The notes beneath the pieces are model-generated. The model did no database searches and was not told the DNA's origin. It saw only the letters and a list, made by a program, of their open reading frames with translations. A program made the position numbers and the translations under genes. A stretch of 64,000 bases of DNA. Origin: Octopus bimaculoides (Eukaryota). Below, piece after piece: positions 25,432-37,458 of this stretch. The number at the start of each line of letters is the position of its first letter. Position 1 is the stretch's first letter. The stretch is from contig NC_068987.1 in assembly GCF_001194135.2 (NCBI RefSeq), forward strand, positions 32,264,138-32,328,137, in the 5' to 3' direction.

Positions 25432-28400
25432 ATAGCGATTAATGTAAGCGGGATTCTCGATAATATAAACCATGAAAGACATAATGTAAATATGTTGATG
25501 GTATGCGTATGAAGTAATAAAATATATTAATGATGGTTTCATAAATTAAAAGAAATATTTGTAAGCAAATCAGCGTTGATGTGTTTATAGTAACTCAATT
25601 CTGGTTTTTCTTATAAAATAGATTGGTGCACGTAATAAAATATTTTTAAATATCAAAGGTAATAAATATATCATATCGACGTAGAACAAAACCATTGTAG
25701 CAGTATGTACAAGCATAGATCGAATATTCGGTTATAATATAGCTGTCATCAAATATTTACTTAGAATAACCCATTTAATATTCTCTGTAACTGGACTTCT
25801 ATATCACAAAGACATTATACACATTAAACGTAATCTAATTAATATATACACAAGTGTAAACACGTATTTATCTTTGAAATAATTAATAACATACATACAC
25901 ACGGATCTGTTAAAAAGTACACAAGCCAACAAAGAAATAGCTAACTGGAAGCTTAGTTCGCTAGAAATATCAGCTAAAACACAATGAAATAACAACACCC
26001 TACCATCTGTATTGAGTTAGAAAATGAAGGGTATTTCTGAATTTAACTTCTCCCCAACAGTGTAGGAAATGTCAGCTCCAGCGGGAGCTGACATTAAGTC
26101 AAATTAAGTGTCCGAAACACGGTCCCTTTAGGCAACTCTTTTATCGATTCTCTACAACTGCTTTTCATTGATTCACTACCTTTTCTTTCTCCCTTTCACT
26201 ATTAGCCTGGGTTCGTGTTGTTACCCGTGTCCTGCAGACAGTATGCACTCCGTGGAGAATATTCATGTCATAAAACATAATTTATAGCTCCACATACCAA
26301 CACTACTAAAAAATAGTTGGTAACTGATAAAATTGCTTCAAAATCTTCCCCAAGGCACCAGTATTGACAGAAACTGCGCATCCAGTCTCGATGATTGATC
26401 CATGAACACAATATTCCGTCAGTAGCAACATCACCATCACCATCACTGTAATCATCTCTATACAAGTGAACGCATAGTTGATCCACCGGGTAAAAATAGA
26501 CAATTCCTCTGAAAAATAACACCTTACCATTTTAAAAAAGAAAGCACACCTTAAATAATGTAGCCCATGATAACACAGTCTGAAAATAAAAGATGAGAAC
26601 GCCATGGATGGATCATAGTTCCTCTCGGTCATAGATAACCCGGAATTAGACAACAACATTAGTGATAGAAATAACTTGTACAGGATAGCTTCTAGATAGC
26701 TAGAAACAGAACTAAAATTTCAACACATTGCAACCTATCCTCTTTAAGTAGGAGGAACACATGCAAATGTAGTGCTATGCAAACGGCACGATAGCGAATG
26801 TAATGTTAAATACACCATGACTGAAGAAAAACTCAGGTTGGAAACCATTTGGTCATGTATCAGCTCGATCACTGTTGACCTGAAGCTAAACAAGAACACT
26901 AGCAACGTCCCATTACCACCATTATTCTCTAAACCAAAGGTGGTTTGTATGGTGATGATGGGTCTGCTAGTTATTTTATCGGCCTTGAAAGGATAACGGT
27001 TAATCTGTGGGATTTGAACTCAAGTTATTCAAGAGCAGAACTATATGTCATAAAATATTTTGTTTGACTCTCCACTGTTTGAAAAGCAAATGTAAATGCA
27101 GAGTTATTTTTATCGAGTTAACCCAAGACTGCGAAACGATTACAATCTCTAACGCAACCATCAACATTACTTTTACAGCAAACCATCACCAACAACACCC
27201 ACCATTAATACCATCATCATAGCTAAGAACATTATCATGATCAACATTACCACCACCACCACCACCACCATCATTGCCAAGATCATGATCAATATTATGA
27301 CTACCACAACAGTCATCAACATCATTATCACACTCGCCACAATCATCGTCGTCGTATTTAACAAAGACAACTTTAAATCAAATTTTCGCATACCTTAATT
27401 GTGTAAAGATATCTTGTATTTATTTATATGTTGTTATTTTAATTTTGCTTCGTTTCAAAGACAACCCTTGAGACTCCAAATTACATCAAATCAAGAACTA
27501 TCATATTATATAATTTTGAGGTGTTCTCTACGGAAGAACATCAGCTGAATAAAACATAAAACATGAAGCTAAAACCGAAAACAAAGGATGGTCGGTGGTG
27601 GTGGGGGAACTAACAAAGCAAATGTTATAAAACAAAATAACTAAATTAATTAATTAATAAATTAATTAAAACAGAGTGCCTCTGAAACGAAAGTGAAAGT
27701 AAATAAAACAAGTTTTAAAATCATGGCTGCCAATTGATGCTGTGGTGCCAAAAATCTATTTGTGTGTTAATAATTATAAGTTCGTCAAATATTTTTAATT
27801 TGCCAAATATTTTACACTCGATGCAATATTGTTAGATCAAAGAAAATAGTTTATTTTACATCCACTTCCAGTTGCAGATACACACATACGTGTATATATA
27901 CGCGCATATATATATNNNNNNNNNNNNNNNNNNNNNNNNNNNNNNNNNNNNNNNNNNNNNNNNNNNNNNNNNNNNNNNNNNNNNNNNNNNNNNNNNNNNN
28001 NNNNNNNNNNNNNNNNNNNNNNNNNNNNNNNNNNNNNNNNNNNNNNNNNNNNNNNNNNNNNNNNNNNNNNNNNNNNNNNNNNNNNNNNNNNNNNNNNNNN
28101 NNNNNNNNNNNNNNNNNNNNNNNNNNNNNNNNNNNNNNNNNNNNNNNNNNNNNNNNNNNNNNNNNNNNNNNNNNNNNNNNNNNNNNNNNNNNNNNNNNNN
28201 NNNNNNNNNNNNNNNNNNNNNNNNNNNNNNNNNNNNNNNNNNNNNNNNNNNNNNNNNNNNNNNNNNNNNNNNNNNNNNNNNNNNNNNNNNNNNNNNNNNN
28301 NNNNNNNNNNNNNNNNNNNNNNNNNNNNNNNNNNNNNNNNNNNNNNNNNNNNNNNNNNNNNNNNNNNNNNNNNNNNNNNNNNNNNNNNNNNNNNNNNNNN

Positions 28401-29050
28401 NNNNNNNNNNTTCTCCTCTCTTTCTCTCTTTCTTTGTATATCTAAATGCTAGCTGCACCTACTCACTACGCTCGGGATCGTCAATTGTAAATTTAATTAA
28501 GAAACTTTCAAAATCTATTGCCTTAACAAACAGATTTAATAACAAAAGTGGGGATTTTAGTTTTCAATCTATTTTTATAACTGCATATACATTATTCAAT
28601 TAAAAATATTGATTTTTATATCTGCATTTACATTATTCTATTAAAAATATTGATTTTAATGTTTTCCTCAAAATTAAAAACGATAATTGGAATTCATGGA
28701 TGCAAGTGATTAAAAATTTAGGATAAATTTGTTTCGATTTAATATTATAATTTGAAACAAACGGAACTTGGTCATAAATGTAGGCCACATCAAAAGCTTT
28801 AAAATGAAGTAGCTGTTACCGTTGGAAATGGAATAATATTTTAGATATACTCTCTCATTTTCTTTGGAAGATTTCTTTATTAAACCTTTGGTACAGGCCC
28901 AGCAGGTATTCCATTGCACTTTTCATTCTTATTGCTCTTCTTTCCTTGTTTAAAGTTGTTTTAAGTATTTGGATGAATCGTGTATATTTCTCTGTACAAT
29001 TTTTATTCACTTTTGTATATTATGCAATTTTCAGCTCGAATTTCCCGTTT

Positions 29051-29463
29051 TTATCTTTTGTCTTTTACTTGCTTGATTTCTTGGACTGCGGCCATGCTAG
29101 GGAACCGTCTTGAAGGGTTTAGTCGAACAAATCGTCCCCAATACTTATTTTTAAAGCCCGGTGCTTATTATATCGGCGGTCTTTTTGCCGAAATACTAAG
29201 TCATGTGAACATATATTAAACAACTTCTTATGTTGAGCCGTGGGGGTGGGGACAATCACAAACGCAAAGACACACACGCTTAGATATTTACATATACATA
29301 TACTCGACGGGCTGCTTTCAATTTCTGTCTACCAAACCCATTCACAAGGCTTTAATTGGCCCACGGCTATATTAGAAGACACTTATCCAAGATGCCGCAC
29401 AGTGGTACTGAACCCATGACTACATAGTTGGAAAGCAAGCTTCTTAACCACACAGCCACGCCT
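29051..29463 (-). mobile_element. SINE family A
   Basis: Bipartite copy; the revcomp starts AGGCGTGGCTGTGTGGTTAAG. Confidence 0.85.
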
Positions 29464-30251
29464 AACAACTCATTGAATATATGACGAATTTAATTTTGTA
29501 CTTGTATATCATCTGTTCCAGTAGGGTTTTCTTTTAAAAATAACAAAATTTTCCCTATCACAATTCTGTTTCACTTTGGAGTAATTTATGTGAAAATGCT
29601 TAAGAGTCGAACACCATCTTCTATCTAAATGCCATTCATTGGACATATAATGAGAGCAGAGTGGTATAAATGATAGAACTCTACACTAAATGCCTTGCAA
29701 TATTCAGTAAAGTTACTGTCCGTTGTATGCGTATAATTTCATCGAGCTTGAAATTCTTTCATTTTTATTGGGTCATTAAAATAAATTCTGAAGTTAAATT
29801 TGAATATTATTAATATTTTTATGTCTATCACCACAATGTATTATTATATGTTATAATCGTTGTTTCGCAGTATCATTTCAATCACATTGGTTGTTTGAAA
29901 TACTTTAGAATTAATTAAGATCAAATGTCCGGAAATTGAGAAATTTTCATTGTAAATTTGATGACAATCATATATTTAATTGAATCTAAATGAAATGTCT
30001 TTAAATGATATATAAGTAACGACGAACTGGGAACCATCATCATCGAACGAATAAACTCTATTAACTATACCGAGTATTTCCTTATAGGTCTGTATACACA
30101 AACTCAACACGCACACACACACACAAGCAGAGGCACACACATGCACACAAGCAGAAGTAGACACGCATACGCACAAGCAGAGGTTCCGCACACGCACGCG
30201 CACACACACGTACATACATACATACATACATACATACACACAGGAGCAGAG

Positions 30252-30297
<46 letters not shown>

Positions 30298-30344
30298 GCA
30301 AGAGCTCACACACACACATGAACACACAAAACACACACACACAC

Positions 30345-30716
30345 TCACGCATCTCTGATCTCGAGCAGAAGTAGTGGGGGAGCATCATAGCCATATGTTG
30401 AAAGAAATTCTTTGGGGTTTGAATAATTCACCTCTGGAAAAGCATGGGTGTTTTTTTTCATCATCTTTAAAAAACCTTATTCAAGTACCTTTTGAGCAGG
30501 ATGGGCTAATCAACCTGAAAAAATTCTAACTGGGCCCACCTGCAAGGTCGTGCACTATTTATCTTAATATAAGATCACCATGTTGCGCACGTGTGGTTGC
30601 GATGCATGTGCCTGGTGTACCTTTATCAGACGGGTAGTAATGATGGGTGTATTGGGCTTCGTATAATTGTACCCCAGTGTCACTTTGATGGCATGCACTG
30701 CTCTCTCACTCAATAA
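30345..30716 (-). mobile_element. Interspersed repeat fragment, same family as 54795-54938 (probably a non-coding part of a LINE)
   Basis: The revcomp TTGAGTGAGAGAGCAGTGCATGCCATCAAAGTGACACTGGGG...CTACCCGTCTGATAA.GGTACA matches 54795 onward and abuts an (AAT)n tract. Confidence 0.7.
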
Positions 30717-30783
30717 TAATAATAATAACAACAACATCAAAAAATACCTTAGGAATGAGAACCCAGGTTCGAAATTTCCCCAA

Positions 30784-30829
30784 GATACCTGATGAACGCT
30801 GGAGGGTATATCAGCCGGAACGTTGTGTT
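30784..30829 (+). ncRNA. Degenerate minimal hammerhead-ribozyme motif in a Penelope pLTR-like repeat
   Basis: GATAC-CTGATGA-A-CGCTG(GAGGGTATAT)CAGCC-GGAA-CGTT-GTGTT. Stem I has 5 bp with G.U pairs and stem III is the palindrome AACGTT. It has an A13G change and a C.C mismatch at 10.1-11.1. Confidence 0.55.
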
Positions 30830-31337
30830 AACAACAAACAAGATGAGGACAAATATCTGTCAAATGTAAATAATGCAAATAATGTATATCTCATATTATC
30901 ACAAACTTCTTAGCACGTGTTAACCCTTGTCAACGAGGTATATGCATGGTCAGTTGCTTAACAGCAAGAATGTAAAAATAAACTACAAAAGTACTAAATG
31001 TTAATTAATAAAACGTACATGTAAAAGAATACAAGAGCAAGAACATAACGTTATCTTTCCTTAATGTTAAATGCTAAATGCCAGTATGAAATCCTTTAGA
31101 GAACATAATCAGGTCGAAATATTTAACAGTGGTATGAGTGAAGGAACCTTTAAGGAATGCTGTCTAAAACATAAACTTAACATTCAGAGTCGAAGTAATA
31201 GGAAAGCTACTGGCGAGAAAGAAGTGCACAATGAGAAGTATTTACTTTATGTGATTACTTCATTTCACGTCAACATATTTATTGTTTCACATATCAGATC
31301 TGTTATTTCAGCTAATGTATTTTAACGTGGAGCACAA

Positions 31338-31395
<58 letters not shown>

Positions 31396-31423
31396 CCTCT
31401 CACTACATGTCTTTCTTCTATCT

Positions 31424-31486
<63 letters not shown>

Positions 31487-33356
31487 CACATACATATATA
31501 TACATATACATTTGCCAGTGTGTGTAAGCATGTATATATGTACGTATATACATACGCACGCACACGCACACACACACGCGCGCACAGACACACGCGCGCA
31601 CAGACACACGCGCGCTTACACACACACACACGCACAAGCGCTCGCGCACGCACGCACACACACACACACGCATGCACACACACACACGCACACACACACA
31701 CACATATTAGTTCCCGAAAAATATGACGAATTTGGTTTCACACCTGTGTTTGATCTAGCCTTTATTTCTTTGGAAGAAGGCCAAAATGTTTAAAATGTTT
31801 TCCATCCTTTATCTGCCTTTGATTTTGAAGTCATATACACGCACAGACACACAGACACACACACTGGTATGTATGTATGTATGTATGTATGTATGTATGT
31901 ATGTATGTATCTATCTATCTATCTATATATATATGTATGTATATATTTTTAGGTATTTATGTATTTATATATATGTTACACATATATGTATATATGTATG
32001 TNNNNNNNNNNNNNNNNNNNNNNNNNNNNNNNNNNNNNNNNNNNNNNNNNNNNNNNNNNNNNNNNNNNNNNNNNNNNNNNNNNNNNNNNNNNNNNNNNNN
32101 NNNNNNNNNNNNNNNNNNNNNNNNNNNNNNNNNNNNNNNNNNNNNNNNNNNNNNNNNNNNNNNNNNNNNNNNNNNNNNNNNNNNNNNNNNNNNNNNNNNN
32201 NNNNNNNNNNNNNNNTATATATATATATATATATATATATTGTATGCATGTATGTGTAGACTTGCGTTGCATTAATTCAATGTTAAGTGAAAATAAAGAA
32301 ATAATTTTTTAAAAGTCGCTTCTTCATTGCAATTCAGTAACAAAGAGAAAAAAAAAAATCATGATATTTTTCTGAAATCGCAAAATGAAGGCAATTGCAG
32401 TGAAAGAAAGATGGCGTCACTACGACCGGAAATTTCGATGTGACTAGATTTAATCAATAAACAATGCTGGGAGAACTTTAGAAGTGAAACCATTCAGATG
32501 ACAACCAGCAGTGAACATTCTAGATTCATTATATTTCAGGCCACACGTGTCTTCTAAAACTTTTATGTTCTCATATGAACAGCAATAAACGCTATGGTAG
32601 CCTTCTTTCATTTCCTCAGTATTTCTTTCTTGTTTCCTCTATATTTCTTTCTTTCTTTCTTATCTTTCTTTCTTATCTTTCTTTCGGTTTTCTTTCATTC
32701 ATTCAGTCTTTCTTTTTCTCTCCCCGTCTCCCTCCTCCTGTCCCACTCAATCTCTCTGGAAAACTTCACAGGGGCGTTGTTGTTTCTCTTCTGTCAATGC
32801 CATAAACTGATACTAATCTAAACAATCGCCATATTGCTATTATCGACGTAAGTGTGGAAGAGGTGTAAGTTAGAATCTGTGAAACATCGGACTGAATGTC
32901 TTCGTGTATCTAACAAAATTTTTTACGTTTCTCAGATGAAATATCGTCAGAGTTCACTTTCCATTTCATTCCACAATGATCGATATATTAACTACTGTGT
33001 GACTTGTGTTTATATTAGACAGTCTTATCATAAGAAGGAGAAAATATTAGTAAGATCAAGGACCCTGTGATGTTATTAGGTAGCAGCCGTCTAATTTCAT
33101 TTTAACATACTGCACTCTTGTCTGTTTATCTATCTGTCTAAGTGGGACAGAGCGGACAAACGTTTTTTTTTCTCTCTCTCTTTTAATATTTGCCTTTAGA
33201 AGGGAAGTTAAAAGAACAGTTATGCAGCCATGAACCCAGAGCGAAGAAACCGAAGTCACTTGACAAATAAAAAGTACAAAAACACCATTTCTAATATCAG
33301 GAAAAAAAATCAGGAATGAAACAAAGATTTTTGTCGGCTTTATTATCAAGTTCTTT

Positions 33357-33790
33357 AAGGCGGTGAGCTGGCAGAATCGTAAGCGAGTCGGACAAAATGC
33401 TTAGCAGTATTTCTTTCGGATCTTTACGTTCTGAGTTCAAATATCGCCGAGCTTGACTTTGCCTTTCATCCCATCAGGGTCAATGAAATAAGCACCGGTT
33501 GAGCACTGGAGTCGATGAAACTGACTATCCCTCATCTGCTAAGATTTCAAGCCTTCTGCCTATAATAGAATGTTCTTTAAGGCGATGAGCTGGCAGGATC
33601 CTTAGCGCGTCGGACAAAATTCTTAGCAGCATTTCTTCCGATTCTTTACGTTCTGAGTTGAAATACCTCCGCAGTTGACTTTGCTTTTGATCCTTTCGGA
33701 GTCGCTAAAACAAGAACCAGTCAAGTATTGGTGTTGATATAATCGACTAACACCTTAGTACAGATTTCTCTGCCTATAGTAGAAAGGATT
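33357..33790 (+). mobile_element. Two head-to-tail SINE family B copies (33357-33570 and 33577-33790)
   Basis: Both start TTCTTTAAGGCG.TGAGCTGGCAG and carry the B box and central domain. Confidence 0.88.
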
Positions 33791-34657
33791 ACTGTCATGT
33801 TAGTATAGATGAGTAAGGAGATTAGTAATTGCTACTCGAAATAAGTCACGTAGTGCAAAGGTTGTATAGAAATGTTCAATGGAAAGGCGTGGCTACATTT
33901 GAATTGAGATATGACCTTACAGTTAGAAACAATACTAAGTGTGGTGTATATTTTAGAAAAATATATACATGAGAGTGAAGTTAATCAAGAGGAGATAGTG
34001 TATAAAGGGCTGCTGTATTGTTAACGTAAACAAGTATTATAAGGGTAGAAAGAGTTAAAGAGAGAATAAGCTGCGTAAAATGGACTTGTGTTTGCATAAG
34101 AACTAATATTCGTTTGTATGTATTAAATATAAGGCTGAAAATAGGTAATAACAGAAAAATAGTTGTTAATATTACAGTTTAGATCGTATATACTTGCTGT
34201 GGTTATAGAGATGAAAAAAGAGCGTTCAGAGGTTTATCATTATTGGAAATAGAGGTACTGAAAAATAACAATGTAGGGGAGATAAGTAAGCAGGGAATGA
34301 AAAATAAAATAATAGAAAAATAGAGGGTTTAAATTATATGTAATGATATGTAAGGTAATACAGTAACTATGTTTAAGTATAAATAAAATATCAGTTAAGG
34401 AACTAGCTTGGCATAATGTGAGAGGGATACATACTGTGGTATTAGGTTGGTGATTAATTAATATTCCGGTAATAGAAGAGTATTGTGTATTATGAATATA
34501 CGAAAAATTACGAGTATGGGAGTGCACATAAGTATACAAAATATACAAAATAATTTAAATATAATGTCATATAAAAATCTTGAGTCTTGTTGAGTTTTAT
34601 GGGATTCCCTTCCATAATTTCGCAACACACCATATACAAGTATATATATACACACAT

Positions 34658-35276
34658 ACTAGCTGTTTGACCCGGCGTTACTCATGCTTTCCGTGTTGCA
34701 GTTAATCCCACCTCTGACCGCTGAAATTTTATACGTGATTACAGTTCATGTACATTAGTTGATGCCAGCTCTGGAATTAAGTGAAAACTTTTACCGTCTC
34801 CCCTACCACAAAATTTAACTAAATCTCAAATTTTATTAAAATCAAATAAAAAATAGAAAAGTTACGGCCAAAAATAAAATCCCTATGAGTATTTGCACGC
34901 AAACAGTCAACTGGCTTTATAAAACCACTGTGCTGGCGCAATTATCGATCTTTTGTCAACGCCATATATTGACAGCAAGCACTGCCATGAGCCTCGCTCA
35001 CTCATCGATTTTCATTAAAATCGGACAAAAATGCAAAAGCTGCAGGAGACATAACATCGTTATGGGAATTTTCATTCAAACGCCCGATTGAGCTCACAAA
35101 AATCGATGCCAACTGAGCATTATCAAGTTTTCGAAAACATTACGGCCTTATTTGAACTTCAGGGCATGTGAACCACCTATGTGCCGAAAATCATTAAAAT
35201 CGGTTGGGCGGTGTGGGAGGAGCTAGAGTAACCCCAAACACACACAGACACACCATTACACATTTAAGTATATAGA
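34658..35276 (+). mobile_element. Non-autonomous Helitron/Helentron-like element
   Basis: Begins ACTAGCTGTTTGACCCGGCGTT and ends ...AAAATCGGTTGGGCGG...(CACA)n...TATATAGA, the layout of non-autonomous Helitron families (recalled). Confidence 0.5.
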
Positions 35277-35417
35277 CATAGAAGTCACTAAAGTGACTAA
35301 GAGTACTTGTTAGCACCAGCGTTACTAGAAATAAGAGTCAAAACCACTCTTAATCTCGCGAAAGCACTTATTTTGTGACTTACAAGGGAGACAGGCTTCC
35401 TACAGTATCCGACGCAT

Positions 35418-35465
35418 AGCCAGATCACCAGTGATCTCGCATTTGATTAATGCTCGTCAGTGGCT
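35418..35465 (-). ncRNA. Type I hammerhead-ribozyme-like fold, one core substitution (A14G)
   Basis: The minus strand reads AGCCA-CUGACGA-GCAUU(AAUCA)AAUGC-GAGA-UCA(CUGG)UGA-UC^UGGCU. Stems I, II and III all pair and the cleavage triplet is AUC. Confidence 0.7.
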
Positions 35466-36255
35466 CTTACTCGGCTGTCTAGGGTTAAGCTAACTCGCCT
35501 TGTCAGTCTATAAGCGTTACCGTAGAAATATTACGCTTTTGACCTTTTTCGTACGCGGATAGAAATCCTTTGAACAAATTCCTTGTTTTACATTAGTATT
35601 CTGATGAAGGTTCTAATTAATTATCGTTAAACGTGGTTCATTTCTAGAAATACTTGCATAAGACCAGCTGATTAATATATATATTGTTTAAATATGTATG
35701 AAAGGAAGAATACGTACTCACACATACATATATCCGCGCACACACATATGCTAAGAATTGTTTACATGCATCTTTACACACACACACACACACAAACATA
35801 CATCGCATAAATTGCATTCGAAATAATCTTATATGCAAATTCTACACGCTATACAAGAGGAAATTCCACTAATTCGATTTCGAGTTTTCTTTTTTAGATC
35901 ATCAGGTGGTTGTGGCTTAACAGCATTCATATATACATATGATTTGTGTAGCATGAAAATAACGTTCAAAATATTTGAGGGAAAACATGTAGTTTAACTG
36001 GCTGGCGTAATTCGATAGAATTAGCATTGATGTGGCAAAAATGTGTGGTGAATGCAGGAAGGAAAAGAAGAAAAAGTTAAGAAAAATAAGATCAGGTAAG
36101 AAGGGTAGTGAAGGGGTGTAAAGATTACAGAACAATCAAAAAGCATGATGTGATACACTCAGCTTAGCAGATATATATATATGTAATAATCTAGTAGCTC
36201 CGCTTATAGAAAGACGTGAAAAGGGTACAGTGAAGTTGCCATGAGGTGTGGAATA

Positions 36256-36288
36256 TCCAACGTTTCGGATTCAATCCTTCGTCAGGAG
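36256..36288 (-). ncRNA. Minimal hammerhead motif with intact core, in a Penelope pLTR-like fragment (about 36190-36355)
   Basis: The minus strand reads CUC-CUGACGA-A-GGAU(UGA)AUCC-GAAA-CGUU^GGA. Stem III is the palindrome AACGUU and stem I is weak (2 bp). Confidence 0.6.
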
Positions 36289-36812
36289 GTAGAGAAAAAG
36301 AGAAGAAAGTCAAACAGAGTTTACATCCTCTCAGCTTGAAAAACTGGCTGCATATATATANNNNNNNNNNNNNNNNNNNNNNNNNNNNNNNNNNNNNNNN
36401 NNNNNNNNNNNNNNNNNNNNNNNNNNNNNNNNNNNNNNNNNNNNNNNNNNNNNNNNNNNNNNNNNNNNNNNNNNNNNNNNNNNNNNNNNNNNNNNNNNNN
36501 NNNNNNNNNNNNNNNNNNNNNNNNNNNNNNNNNNNNNNNNNNNNNNNNNNNNNNNNNNNNNNNNNNNNNNNNNNNNNNNNNNNNNNNNNNNNNNNNNNNN
36601 NNNNNNNNNNNNNNNNNNNNNNNNNNNNNNNNNNNNNNNNNNNNNNNNNNNNNNNNNNNNNNNNNNNNNNNNNNNNNNNNNNNNNNNNNNNNNNNNNNNN
36701 NNNNNNNNNNNNNNNNNNNNNNNNNNNNNNNNNNNNNNNNNNNNNNNNNNNNNNNNNNNNNNNNNNNNNNNNNNNNNNNNNNNNNNNNNNNNNNNNNNNN
36801 NNNNNNNNNNNN

Positions 36813-36891
<79 letters not shown>

Positions 36892-37325
36892 CTGTACCAT
36901 GCACAGGGACATCTGGAACGAATATTTGCGTATACACACACACGCACGCGCGTACGGACACATATTCACACACGCAAATATTTGTTCCAGATCTCCTTGT
37001 ACACGGTACAAATATCGGCTTTATATCAACTGGCAGATATAAGCACTGATCAGAAAACTGTTTGTTTGCTGAAAATATAAACGAAGCCCACGCAAAGGAC
37101 CGAAGCATTTTTGGCTGCTGAGACATTGACTGACGAAACACAGAATGTCGAAACACAGAATGTCGAAATACAGTTCTCCTTCGATCCTCTGCGCCAATGA
37201 GTTGAGTGTGTTGAACACACTATCGTCATAAAAAAGAAATTGTTCTCTTTTGATGTACGAGACAACGAACAAGCATATTTTACGTCTGAACCTGCCTAGT
37301 TGTATTAAGAATAGGTACGCAAATA

Positions 37326-37458
37326 TTCTTTTCTACTCTAGGCACAAGGCCTGAAATTTGTAGGGATGGGGCCAGTCGATTAGATCGATCCCAGTACGCA
37401 ACTGGTACTTAATTTGTCGATCCCGAAAAGATGAAAGGCAAAGTTGACCTCGGCAGCG
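37326..37458 (-). mobile_element. 5'-truncated SINE family B with TSD GCAAATATTC
   Basis: The 3' half of family B is present, and GCAAATATTC is seen at both junctions. Confidence 0.8.

Noticed and set aside
26430-26500. Heliorhodopsin TM3-like motif (RWINYAFTCIEM vs RW+EY+++..+M)
   Set aside because: Only a short resemblance; the conserved Glu is absent and no other helices or retinal-binding Lys motif are present.
28700-28930. Pogo transposase or LINE RT remnant (KAFD; FP..TATS)
   Set aside because: The motifs fall in conflicting frames with inconsistent spacing, so no assignment is supportable.
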